A DNA stretch of 63,654 bases, counting the filler, from Pelomyxa schiedti (Eukaryota > Protista > Evosea): the NCBI GenBank assembly GCA_020536535.1. It is 10 parts of 10 records of this genome, joined end to end, with 100 filler letters (N's around TTAATTAATTAA, not from the genome) between each part and the next. Parts side by side here need not be neighbours in the genome. Positions count along the whole stretch, not along the records: positions 24,834 to 46,739 come from JAHLWZ010001070.1; 9 more parts are not named here. One strand, written 5' to 3'. Made by a program: the position numbers and the translations under genes. Shown piece by piece: positions 24,894 through 37,749 of this stretch (position 1 is its first letter; every line of letters starts with the position of its first letter). Under the pieces are notes generated by a model that searched no databases, was not told the DNA's origin, and saw only the letters and a list, made by a program, of their open reading frames with translations.

Positions 24894-25628
24894 AGGAATT
24901 CTTGGAAGAAACGGGATTGAAAAGAATGTTTCCCAATCTGTCTGGATACATCGGTGTCGGCAACATATCTTCTTCCACTTCAAGCAGCACTAGCACAAGG
25001 GCAAGTGACAGTAGCACCACCATGAACAACGTTTTTTGTATGTTGGAACCACCTTGCATCCATCCTTCTAACTCTAATTATCTTTCCTCCCCTCTTGGTT
25101 CCTTGGTAGACTACTTACGGTGGTTTACGAAGTTGAACAAAGTTATGACATTGGCGAAACAGCTGCATGATGACTGCCTCTCTGGCCTACAGTCTCATCA
25201 GCCGTATTTCGAGCAGCAGATTGGTCTTTTGTATGTACGTATTACCTCTTTCTGTCTTTGTTTTACATCTTAATCCCAGAAAGCTCTGACAAGTATCCGA
25301 AAACCATCACAAGAGACTGTTTCTCTGTATGATGAAATTTCCAACAAACTTTATGACATGCAGCACCCAAGGCTTCCCTGGGATGCTGCAGACACAAAAT
25401 GGTTTTGCATTCCCACACACTGCACATCGTAACACACTAATCATGGAACAAAGGTTGAAGGAGATAACTGCAGAAGTCATGGAACTTGTTGGAAATTCTA
25501 TGGAACTCCTCCCTCCATCATCTGATGTATCTCAACACCGCAGCCACAAACACACACCCCAAAAAACAACAATATCCAGTGACCAAACCTCCATAACAAA
25601 TGTTGTGGAGTGGATGCTCTCAGAATAA
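24894..25628 (+). CDS. Hypothetical helical protein, 3' exons
   Basis: Spliceable ORFs (LNKVMTLAKQLHDD..QQIGLLY|KALTSI). No family was recognised. Confidence 0.45.
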
Positions 25629-25672
25629 TAAAACTGTTGCGTTTCAAGTTTTATCTTTCTTCCTGTTTTCCC

Positions 25673-28204
25673 TTACAAGCATCCAGAGCGGTTTGTAGAA
25701 TCAAATGACGAGGCTATGGAAGGGAGTGCGGAGCAGGCCCAGAGGCAGCAAGTCTCCGAAATCGACCACACATCGTCCCTCTGGAAATACTCGGCAACAT
25801 CCTGGACGGTGACTCCCAACAGCTTCATTGTCGTCTCAATGTGGAGCGGCGTCACTGTCGCGATTGCCATGAAGTGCTGCCTGACGAGATCTGCTGTCAT
25901 TTCGGGGTACACCCTCAGAAGCATCTTCCAGGTTCCCAAGTTGGTCCGCATTTCCGGCTCAATCACTTTACACCTGGAGTCCACCATTTTCGCAACCTTT
26001 GTTTTATTTTTTTGTGTTGTGTGGTTTTGGTTAGTAAAATCGTGATAGGTACCAGTCTACCTCAGATAATGTGATGTTGAATTGGGTGATAAGCCATTCA
26101 GCACACTTCTTCTTGCCAGTGTGAATCAAAGTGAACAAAAGATAGTTGTCACTCAGTTTGACATCCTGCTCAGTCATGTTCAGTTGCTGGATCAACCATT
26201 TCACAGCTTTTCCAGACTGAACTCGGTACAGGCGATCCTCCGCAAGACTGGTGACCACAGAAGCAGAGCCCAGGCCTTTGAGCCATGGGAACAACTTCTT
26301 CACATCTGAGAGGCCATGATAGCGAATGGCATGCCTCAAGGCCTTGTGGCACCTGCTGGGGTGTGGTTTTACATTGTTGCCGAAAATTTTGGCAATGAGC
26401 AGTGCCAAGTCAAGGTTGTAGTGCAGAGAAGTATCAATTGCCTCAGCTACTGAACTCTCACCGAGGTTTCTCAGTGATACACGTGAGAAGAACCACTCCA
26501 CACCACGGAGGCACCTTTGGTCAAACCACAGTTCTTTGCCGACGATGGATAGTAGCATTTCTTCTGTGAGAGCTGGATTGGAATTAACGGTGTCCATAAC
26601 GTGAAAAGTATCTTCCAACCAATCAGCAACTGCAGTGTTGTTGTGTACCAGGGCTTCAGCAAGGCAGTCAACTTTGTTGGTTGGATCGTTACCGGTTTTT
26701 CCCAGATGGGGTGAGGCCAAAATGAGGGATTTAAGCACCTCAACACTGTCCTTCTTGTTTCCACAGGCTTTTGCAAATGAATCACCTCCAATTGGTCCAA
26801 TTGAAGAGCTGAACGTGCTAACCAGCCATTGAATTGATTCCACATCGGCACACTCTTGGCAAACCAAATCCAGAGTACCTTTTGTTGGCTCAATAGAAAA
26901 CGCTGCCGTGATCCATTGTAAGGCTTCTGTGCATTCAATGTGCCCAAGGAGGTCTTCCACTACACATGGTTTTTCATCCATCCTGTTCTTTATCCACTCC
27001 AAACTTTCACGCAGTTGAGGTCCCTTCACATTTGTGCCGTTTGCAAAGTCCACAAGGTATGGCATGCCAAATGAAAAACCGTTTTGGTTGAACAAATCGT
27101 TCCAGAGAGCCACAACTTCCACGTTCCCACTTTGGAAAGCATTAAAGCCAAGCCGTGGTGGGCGACGTACCTTTGCAACCGTCTTCAGTTTTCTGTACAA
27201 TTCCACCACGTCGGTGTGTTGTACCATCCACCTAAGGATGTCTATGTGGCCCTCCACTAATGTCGCACTGAAAGGCCTTACAAATTCCCACCCACTCGTC
27301 ACTCCAAACTGAGAAGTAAGCCACTTCACACACTCGAGGTTCCCTCCAAGGCACGCCTCAGTCAACAGGTTCCGCATCATCATCCTATCAGGACGGTAAC
27401 TCCCTGATGGCCACATGAGCCTAACTCCTCTCCCTCCTGGTGGTGATGGTTGTTGTGTGCTGTCCTCCCCACTCCTTACCATTTGTTGTGCCATTTCCAA
27501 GTGACCACCTTTTAGTGTTTGTTACAAAATGAAAATAATGAAACACATAAAACAACAACCCGTCAGGCACCCATAATTATTACACACCTCGGCACAGTCC
27601 ACCCAGCACAGCGAGGCACTCTTTTTCGATGTTCTTTCCGCCACCCCTCCTTCCCATAATCCAGTCCACGCACCTGCCGCTCCCTGCCTCGGCCGCGCAT
27701 CCCAGCCAAAAGTACCGCGACGTGTGGCACTTGGTCTGGCGGTACATCTTGTCTTGGTACACTCCCCCGTCGCCGTCGGGCCCAGCGGTCCTGGCGCACA
27801 CCAGCGCGACCAGCGGGAAAAGCGCGTCGGCGAGGCCCATGAGGAACACGATTGTGGGTCTGTCTAGCGCGCCGCGCGTGCGCCTGCACCCGCTCATGAA
27901 AAACGGCACCACGACCATCTCCCACACCACACGCGACGTTTCCACGATCCTCTGGATCTCACGGCTCTTGTCTGTTGCCATAAGTCTGTTCAGAGCAGCA
28001 ATTCTCCTAAACCCCTATCTCAGGTTTTCCCACAAGGTGTTGTGGTGGGGAGGAAATTGATGGGGGATTCACCAAAGGCAATGACAATGAACACAACTGA
28101 ACAAGTGCTTGTGCTTGCAGACGGTGCAACTGGTGCGAAGCTGGCAACAGTTCTTCTGCTGATGGATAATTAATTGTCTGAGTGGGTGAATGGTTTGTCT
28201 CCAA
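25673..28204 (-). CDS. Ankyrin-repeat-like lineage-specific protein
   Basis: A 489-aa exon with ACLGGNLECVKWL, ALVHNNTAVADWL and KKKCAEWLI helical repeats. The N-terminal exon RVVWEMVV..LFPLVALVC resembles the HxRCG-family N-region. The start is uncertain. Confidence 0.65.
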
Positions 28205-28427
28205 GAAGGTCTTCTTGTGCAGTCTGTCAGATGGGGGCTTCAGTGAATTACCCGAGATTGTTTAATTTTGATGGAGAAGCGAGTGAGACTTTGGACAGTA
28301 CATTGACAGAGCTCATTAGAACGCAGCGCCTTGGTGGGAGAGGTTGATCGGAGGAATCTTATGAGAGGCCGAGATTCGTGCAGTTCCCGTTTGGGAACTA
28401 CACAAAACACTTGTCGAATACGGAGAA

Positions 28428-29537
28428 ATGGGTTGCATTCCGTTACCATCATTTCACCGGGACCCTCCCAGGGGTCGGTTTTTTCCCCCCTGCTATGTGT
28501 CCTTTTGCCCAGCGTGTTTTGTTGTACCCCCTCTTTTTTTTCTCTTTTTTATTCGTACTTTTCTGCACTCCTTACATCGAGTCTCCACTAGTGAAACTAC
28601 CAGAGCAATCTATTAAATTGGTGCTTGTTGGTGTTGCAAGTGCTGGAAAAACTGCATTGGTGCAACGCCTAGTTCACGATTCGTTCACTGTATCATCAAG
28701 CACTGTGGGGTTGTTTATTGTTAATTTTTTTTCATTTATTTCTTATTACCTATTTATTATTATCCCGCGACTCAAAGTCGCTTTCTACCTTGCAGTAATT
28801 TATTGTTGCACAGGGCATCATATGAAACTGTAAATTTGGTTGTGGATGAACACAGTATCTTTTTAGAAGTAAGCCTTTCTTTGTTTTTTTTTTTTTTCCC
28901 CTTCGTGTTTTTTGGCATTCACCAACCACGCTATTTGAGATATGGGACACAGCAGGAGCCGGTTTTTTTCCCTTATTATTCCACTTCGTTCCCAACTACA
29001 CCTTAGAGAGATACCGCTCCTTAGTTCCAACCTATTACCGAGGTATTTACAACATCCTTCAAACTTTGAACAAAACAGCGTAATTTTTAGATGCTTCAGC
29101 TGCAATAGTTGGTTGATTTTCTTTCCTCCTGAATAAAGCCTAACAGTACCCACTGTATTTCCACCGTACTACAGTGTTCGATGTCTCATCCAGAGTATGG
29201 ACACATCTCGCGCTATAATTCACGTAACCAACAACAGGACTCCTTTACTGGAATGAAGCAGTGGATAGATGAACTACTTTCTTTTGCTCCCCGGCACATT
29301 TCCTTAGCACTGGTTGGAGCTAAGTGTGACCTCATTGCCGAAGACCCCAACAAAAGAGCCACACCCAGCGACGTGGTCGCGGACTATGCATTAAGCATAC
29401 CGGCACTGTGCATTGCCTATACAGAGACCAGTGCCAAGACCGGTGAGAATGTAGAGAAGCTATTCGAGGATGTATGCAGAGCTGTTATGGAACGAAGGGC
29501 TCGAAATAAACCAGCCACTCTTGCTTCACACTTTTGA
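28428..29537 (+). CDS. Atypical Rab-family small GTPase (Rab5/21/24-like), N-terminal MGC, no C-terminal Cys
   Basis: Spliced: MGCIPLPSFHRDPPR|VKLPEQSIKLVLVGVASAGKT..|IWDTAGA|ERYRSLVPTYYR|DASAAIV|VFDVSSR|DSF..VGAKCDL..ETSAKTG..LASHF*. Confidence 0.85.
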
Positions 29538-29638
29538 CTGTAAATATGTTCTGAATAGTAACCCTTTGTACAAAAAAAGAAGCCAAACCAGGGTTTCCTT
29601 CCTTTTTTCCAGCTTTTGGAAAAAGGGAACTTTTTGTT

Positions 29639-32600
29639 TTAATTTATTGACCCCAATGCTGGTACATTAGAGGGTGGAGGTGTGGGTAGTGGTTTCTTTG
29701 GGGGTGAATGTGTCAGTTGCTTGGAGTGGGGATTGCTTCTGGGCAGCATTATGGCCGCTGGAGAATCACGGCTGTGGGCCTGGTGTGCTTCTTGCAGAAC
29801 TGTTTGCATCCTGGTTTCGACTTCTTGGAACGCTTTGATGGTGGTAAGTAACTACGGGAAATGAGAAAGAGCGAGTGCCGTACTGGGTCTTTGTAGAGGA
29901 TCCTGTGCCCAGCAGTCTGCTATAAGTGACGCCAAATCACTTGGGCATGTTTCGGGAATTGGTCTCCGCTGGAATGGGAGTGAGTGGTTAGGAGTTGTTT
30001 AGAAAAGAGACCTGTCCAGTAAGGATAAACTGGGTAACAGCTGAAAAGGGTTTTTCTTGAGTGGTTATTCAGATGGCATGGAAGTACCAAAAAAGCTTTT
30101 AAATTCGGTATTTGGGTAGGGTTCCTTTTCAATATACAACTCATATAGAAGTACAGCATAACTTGGTAGGTATTAAAAAAAACTGCATTTGTGGAGACTA
30201 TTCACCTGAAAATGTCACAGCTGGGGCTATACATTTGGTTTTCTATTAGTTCTGGTGCTTGATAAAGCACAGTTCCAACACCAAGTGTGTATCTTGAGAA
30301 ATGTAAACTGGCAAGTTGTTGACAGAACTGACATGGTAAACCTGTTTTTGGACTCCATGACATTTATTTCTCTCGTAGTGCCAAAATCTAATTGTTTTTC
30401 CCCTCATAAGAGGATTTAATCAAAAGCAGATAATTACCTGTTATTTTACAATTGACGGTGGTGTCTAATGACAAGGAGGTGACCAACAAGTTGTCTGGAC
30501 CACAACTAATAAGACAAATGTTCACCAAGAAAAGCAGTTCAAATACCTGGCTTTAAGTCCCTGTGAATAATGCCATTACTGTGAAGGTATTGCATTCCTA
30601 GGAGTTTGGAGAAGATTTTTTTCCCCCACAAAGAAAGTATTACCTCTGGCGGCATCACTTGCCATCTTCATTCGCAGGCAGTATGCCAACTTGTATTCTC
30701 TCATTACTTTGGATAGACTTCCAAAAGCACAAAATTCCTGTAGTTGGTATTAGTGCTTGCTATCGATTCTCTGCGAGGACAAACTGTAACAATACAGTAT
30801 TTCCCAGGTACTGTAACGGCTCCTATGACAAATTGGAAGTTGCAACACTGCAAAAAAAAAAGTACCAATAAAATTTACACAGTAATTAGATCGAATAGCC
30901 TCCATCATAAGAATTTCTCGTTTGAATTCAGCAAATGAGTCTGCATCTAGATTCTGGTACCTCAGTACCTATAGTGACGCAAATTACTTCATTGCCCATA
31001 GTCACCCGCGCAACCTTAATTGCCACGTCATTGCCTCTCCATGTTCCTTGAAGAAATAAGCAAGAGTTGCAGCAAGACTATTTCTTGACACACCAGCATA
31101 AACAATCCCATAAGATCCATCCCCAATAGCTGGTACTTTTAAAATCAGTTCTTCATAATCGAGTCTCGTTGAGAGGGTGCTATCAATGCGTCCTGAGAGA
31201 TATCCAATACTATCTCCCGTAGAACCTGCACAGGGGAAAATCGGTAAACATTTTATCATTTATTAACTCTTACTATGTGTATTAACAGATATCTTGATCT
31301 CAGCCCTTGTTGTACAATGAAATGTAACCGCGATTTTAAGAGTCGTCGTGCCACCCTTTTCGGGACTATCAGTATTGGTTAAGTCAGTAAGAGAACATAC
31401 AGCGGAAAGGGTTCCAGTTCTGGGGGACACAGTTACTGTGTGCTGGTCCCGATTCTCATATGTAATAGAAAACAAAACCTTTCCTGGCGATTGGTTCGTC
31501 ATCAGCACTTCCTCCGACAATGGTTGTTCAACTGGAGCATTATTAGTGTGCAGCCCAAGCGTAATTTTATCCACAGAAAAGGTAAGTGGAAACGGAACTG
31601 AGTGAACACCCCTTATTCGACGCCTGTAAACAATGAGAAAAGCTTAATTGGCACATAATTGAAATACGAGATTGAAGATGTGATTGGAGTATATTCCTCC
31701 CCTCTCGGACGACTGCTAGATTTTCTCCTGTTTTTCATTGTCAGAGGAAAAAGTAAAACAAAATATGTAAGAAAGGAACTACCAAATAATTACAACAAGA
31801 AAGGCACATAAACCAAGAAATATTAACCCTCCAATGCACCCGCATACCAGTTCAATAATGAAAGTCGTATCTATAAAGTTGTGATTAGAATGTATCCTTA
31901 TCCTTCTTCTAACTGACAGGGAAATATAACTGTCGACAGTGGAATCGCTAGAAATCTCTGTACCTAAGAGAAGTAAGGAGAATTCGTGCATTCAAAATCG
32001 TGGACCCACAATAACGAAGAAAAGTCAAAGCAATAAACGGATGCGGCTCCGTTGCCACAAATGTGGATTCCCCTGTAAGTACATTGACAGTTCTCAATTG
32101 AGATGTTGAATCTGACGTGTATGCAGCCAGGAAGAGTGTATTGTTGTCACAAATATCGAAATGAAGGGATTGTGCATCTTGGGTTGTGTATCCCAATTTG
32201 CCGACTGCCCCACAACTCCAGTTGTAAATATGGCATTTCCAAAGAGTGCTTTCCTCTGTGTTAATCGTATAGGCAAAGTAGGACACATCAACTGCCAAAG
32301 CACTTGCCGACGAGAAGGGAAGTGAAGTTTTCTTTGTTGCAAACCCCGAGTCGAGAGCAACAGTGTAGATATTACTTGAACCGATTGTGGGAACCTCCAC
32401 TATGTACATTTGACCTGTTTCGCTGGAGTATGACATCCCAGTTATTTGCCCACTGGTCCCAGTGATCCCTACCACAGAGCTGGTGCAATTCGAAAGATGA
32501 AGTGAATACAGAAGGTTATCTGTTCCAGATGCTGCAATATAGTACATAATGTCCCCAACGTAGGGTGCCGATATTGGTATTTCCCCACTCTGGGGTGCAT

Positions 32601-33824
32601 GTTGAAAAAGGCAAACCCCAATCCAAGTGCTATCCAGAGGTGGACCAGTGAAAGAGACCAACTGGTTCAAGGTTGAATCGATTGCGTAAGACACTTTTTT
32701 TTGTCAAAACAGTGGAAAATAGAAAGAAAAACGCACTTATGTCGGATGAACTAGAGTTGGAGGAGCTGCCTAAAAGGGATGTTAAAAAAGCGTAACTAGA
32801 GGGAAAACTACTATTGCAGTAATTCAAAAAAGACAAAGAATTGAAGGGATCTGGCTCGCTGGAAACTAAAGTGGATGCTCCAGTGTCTGCATTTACAACT
32901 CGCATCTCTCCACACTTACAACTGGGATTATACGCCGCAAGATAAAGCACCCCTCTCAGGTCAGAAGTATTGCTTCCATTATCAGCACTGCAAACGTCAA
33001 AGTGTAGGCTCGCTTGTGTGTCAACGTCATAACCAATAGGGCCAATCTTTTCAACCCATGTTGCATTTGGGGCAACTTTATACAGTGCATCTTCATCCAC
33101 ACTTAGTGTATAAAGGGCCTGACCCACAGCATCATAGGCCAATCCCAGGCAAGGCCCAAAATCTGGAAGGAGACCGATTTTGCTAGATTTGCCAGAAGAA
33201 ATATCAATAGTGTATAGGAAATTCCCAAGTAAGCCCCTAGCAATAGCAAAAAGCGTGTTGTACGGCTTTGATGCCCAAGTTAAAGCTGCTATCTTCATTA
33301 TCCCAGTGGATCCGATTTGAGTTGTTGTACAATCCTCAAGAGACATTGAAACAAGAGAATTTGTCCTGTGTGCGTCAGAAAACATAAGATAACACCCATA
33401 GGACTCGTACCAGTCGTCAATAATATAAAAGTTACCAGTTCCAGGTACAATGTCACCTAAGGTACCGTAACTTGGAGAACTACACAGAGGCCTCCACATT
33501 GGGTTCAAAGGTGGGCCGTCGAATGCAACCAATTCATTTAATCGCGTATCAATGGCATACGCAACTACACAATGCTTAGTATACAGAAACTACTAATATT
33601 CAATAGCATGAAGTAGATCCCGTCTATAATCTAGCACGGTATTGTAGCACGTGTGTTATTTTTATAATATGTAAAATAAACACGTAGAAAGACGGGCAAC
33701 TTGTCTGGGACGCAGGGGAATTCAACCAAGGGCCTCGAAACTCGACGCATGATACAATACATATAGAACAAAGAACCGCGTTGATACACAAAAGGTGCAC
33801 CGTCTCCGAACGCCAAAAGCGCAT
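29639..33824 (-). CDS. Transmembrane receptor kinase (Entamoeba TMK-like cytoplasmic part) with a duplicated beta-propeller-like ectodomain
   Basis: Signal-like N-terminus; two repeats beginning YAID..LN.LV.F.GPPL; TM segment VCGCIGGLIFLGLCAFLVVIIW; then STRLDYEEL, IGDGSYGIVY, HRDLKP, DFG and CWAQDPLQRP. Confidence 0.85.
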
Positions 33825-34180
33825 TTCACTGTAAAATTGGTTTCAACTCTGATTGATTAGTCCTCACTGACCACCTCACTGGGGGGGCAGAGTGCACCAA
33901 GGTGCTCCTTGATTGGGAGAGTACGGTGTCCGGCACTTCGGGCGCTGAGCTCGGAATGATCATCTGGGGATTCCATCAATCTTTCAGGATTAACGAAAAC
34001 AGAACGGGGAAAACTATGCGAACTTGAAAAGAAATCCAAAGAAGAAAAGAAGAGATGCCTTCCATCAAGTTCTACGGCCATTCACAAGAAAAAACAAAAA
34101 AAAACATGCTAGAGGTGTAACAACAACGGCCTACGAACCAACCAGCAAACAGAACGCACGAAAAAACAAAAAAAAAAAAA

Positions 34181-35037
34181 ATGACAGCACCCCTTCGCTA
34201 CTTGTATAATTTGGTGGCAGTTCGCTCAGACGACAAATCGAAAACTGCCGCTGCTTCTGTAAGGTAAACCCATAATTCCTTGTCCCTTTCAATGAGAGTT
34301 TATTTGTTGTTAGCGCTAGCAAGCGGACTGGGTTGTTAAAACCTCAGTCTCGTAAGAGGAAGACTCTCGTACTTGACTTGGACGAGACTTTGATAAGGAC
34401 TTCCTACGAGGTCAGTCGTATGCCTTTTTTGAAAGCTAAAAAAACTAACTTTTTTGTAGCCAATTCCAAATCCAGATTTTGTTGTAAAGGTGGAGGGTCA
34501 GAGGGCTTATGTAAAGAAGCGGCCTGGAGTTGACCGTTTCTTGAATACTCTCAAAGACAAATACGAGCTTGTGTTGTTCACGGCAAGTGCCAGAGAGGTA
34601 GATGATACAATAGTCCCTCTGTACATTTCTAATTTGTTCAATACAGTACGCAGAACCGGTTTTGAACTTCCTCGATGTTAATAGAGTATTCTCTGCTCGC
34701 CTGTATCGTGATTCGTGCTCTTTAGTTGGGGGAATGTTTGTCAAGGTTTCTTCCATAGTTATCAAAAATTCCAAAACTGACTCTCATGAAGGATCTAAGC
34801 CGGTTAGGAAGAGACTTGAATCAAGTTATTCTCGTTGACAACTCCCCAGTGTCGTACAGCTTGCAGCCTCAAAACGGGCTCCCTATATCTAGTTTCGTAG
34901 GAGATAGTGAGGATAATGAGCTCTTCACGCTCCTCCCATTCCTGAACACGGCTGCAAATAGCCCCATCCCCGTACCTGTGCTTCTGCATGGTTTTTTGAA
35001 CAAGAGAGTAGTCTGCATCAAGACTAGAGAGAACTGA
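34181..35037 (+). CDS. NIF/SCP-family HAD phosphatase (CTD small phosphatase-like)
   Basis: KTLVLDLDETL, YVKKRPGVDRFL, ELVLFTAS, RLYRDSC and KDLSRLGRDLNQVILVDNSP. Confidence 0.92.
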
Positions 35038-35157
35038 TACCCACCAAGAGGGTAGGCTACAATCACACTTGCAAATACACACTCATACACTGTATTTATG
35101 AAAAACACTGCCATGTATTTGCCCCCTCTCTTAGTTGATTGTGGGGATGAGAACAAA

Positions 35158-36137
35158 TTAATTGCAATGTTTTTCCCAAAAACATTGGTTACATAAACTC
35201 AAAGAAGCTTTTGTGTTTGTTGTCGCATTGGGAGGAACTTGGACAATAATCGCCAGATGAGTGCAGGAAGATTCACTCGCTTTTTCTTTCCGGCAGCCTC
35301 GGCTATTGTGGAAGTGGGTTAATTCCTGGTAATATCTATAAGAATTATTAAAAGTTGTTTACACACCAGGATGGTCAAATGGTAAAGATGACTCGTTTGC
35401 GGAAAGAGAGACTGTAAACATAGAATTGACTTAGTAATAGGAAAAAGAAAGGTAAGTTCCACACCGAAAAACCAAAATGGGACTAGCCACACACAGAGTA
35501 AGAAAATTCCAAACATATCTCCATATGAGTACCAATTCAGAAGGAAATACCGGAACCACAAAGCGTGATTGCCGATAGCAAACACTAAATAAGAGGTATC
35601 ACACAATATTAGTCGCAATAACAGCAGAGGAAAATAACATACTTGTGGATAGAATGAACCACAAATCAGTGAGTTCTACGACAGGGAACTGTATAAGAAG
35701 CATGGAGTAAACAAGGTGGGCAGCAACGCCCACAGAGAGTTCCAACCATGGTAGTTCCTCCAAGAAAAACAGAAGAGCATGTGCAATTAAAACTCCCTGT
35801 TGTTTATTTTTGTTTGGTATTGGAATCACTTGTAAGGGAGCAAATTACGATTATGCAGTATCTAATGATTCTTTTTGCGAGCACCACATGTTCTTCCACC
35901 ATGTCAGCAATGAAATATAGACCCTGCGCTTACATTCAACATTGGTTATCGTTACAACAACACACACACAAAAAAAGTGTAACGACACCATGTGCATTGG
36001 AAGGGAAAAAAACCTACGAAGCAAACAGACAACAACAAATGAAAAAAAATCAAACATCTCCAACCTAGACAAACGAAGCCAAACGCTATCGACACTCCAA
36101 TCGCGCTGTACGTTAATCCGGCGATTACGAAAGGCAT
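35158..36137 (-). CDS. TEX261: TEX261/Svp26-family ER-Golgi membrane protein
   Basis: GLYFIADMVEEHVVLAKRII, AAHLVYSMLLIQFP, NHALWFRYF and FLLCVWLVPFWFF. Confidence 0.8.
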
Positions 36138-36383
36138 TCACTTATGCAGCGTCACCTTCCCCTTCAACGTTTGTTTTTTAATTTTTTTTTGTTTTTTTGT
36201 TTGTGTGAGCTTTTTTTTTCTGAGATTGTGCACAAACAACACCATCTAATCCTTGCGGTGCTGTTCAGACACTAGAGGGCGAGATCGCGTGTTACAACCT
36301 CAGCATGAGTTTTAAAAATATTTTTTTTACCAAACAGCAGCTGAGGTAAGGTAATTTAGAATGACCACGGAAGTATCGACCGA

Positions 36384-37190
36384 TTAGACAAGGAGTCCTG
36401 TTGGGGATTCAGAGGAGGGTTTTTGTGATGCAGATTGTTGCTGCTGTTGCATTTGTTGCTGCAGCTGTGCCATCTCCGCTTCGTTCAGAAACCTGATTTT
36501 GTGCTTGACAATGAGGTCAGATATTTCATTGGTTTTCAGTGCAAGCTGCTTCTGCAAAGTCTGTATGGCTTTTGTGATCTGTGTGAAGAACATTACACAA
36601 AGTGATACTTTTGTGAAATTGTTGAAGTGGCATGGTGGCATTCCGTCATTAGTGATTAATATGTGAATGTTGTGTAGTTTATAGACCATGGGTATAGTGT
36701 AGGTACACAATGATAGTACGTAATATATAAAGCAACAATACGAAGCAACAAACGTTTTGGGCGTTCTCTTCCACAGCCGGGAGGACTTCACCAGCAGTTC
36801 TCTGAATTAGTACCCCACCAACAAGCCTGTATGCCGTCCTCGTTGGCTCCACCTTACGCATGGCTGCTGCAACAACACGGTGTTCATTCAGCTGCAATTC
36901 CAACTCCCCTAGTTATTATTGGTTGGATTTTTCTTGTTTGGTTTTGGGATTGTAATGTGTATGTGTTGTGCTTATGTAATTGCATACAGTGTGCACTGCA
37001 CACCAATATAAATACGAGGGTGATTGCAAAAGCAAAAGGTAATAAATGGAGCAGTATTGTTTAGCATGCCTATTTTCGATTCGATTTTGGTGTGCTCCAT
37101 CCGCAGTTGCTTTAACTGATTTACAACATGACGAGGATCTACCGCCGCCCCACTGGCATCACTCCCCTGCACCGCCGGCGTCGTCGACAT
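36384..37190 (-). CDS. PFDN2: Prefoldin subunit 2
   Basis: IESKIG..ELQLNEHRVV..RTAYRLVGGVLIQRTAGEVLPAV..KHKIR across three exons. Confidence 0.88.
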
Positions 37191-37749
37191 AGCTTTGTCA
37201 AATTGGAAAGTTGTGATCTGTTAGTCTTCCATTTAAGATGCAACTAGGAAGAGGAGGACCAATGATTCCCCTGAAGAACATTTCTTTAAGTCAGGACTGC
37301 ACACACCAGAACAAAAGACGACAATCCTCCGCTAGCCCGACCTCCATCAAACACTGGAATTTAATTCGGCGGAACTAACGTTTCGTTTTACCAAACGGCA
37401 CTGAAGGGCGATGCTTTCGGTATTGTCCCGATCGCTGAGCAAGTCAGTCTCATCTGGTTCCGTTTATGGGACGGACGCGATCATCAGGTCCGACGTGGTC
37501 CGGCTCAATTTGAGCAGGCTCGCCGCGGTCGTCGTAGTGTCACTCGTCAAGAGGTCCGCCCAATTGTGCAACTTGTCAGTCCTAGTATGCCTTTTTTTGG
37601 ATGGAAAACATACATTCATTTGAATGACCCGTTCGTTGTTACGGTGCCTGCTTGGGGGGATTTGCTTTTGAGTTTACTATTAGGGGAGATGTTTACTGTT
37701 CACATTGTCAACCAACAACCCAATAAATACCGTTTATGTGAAAGACTGT

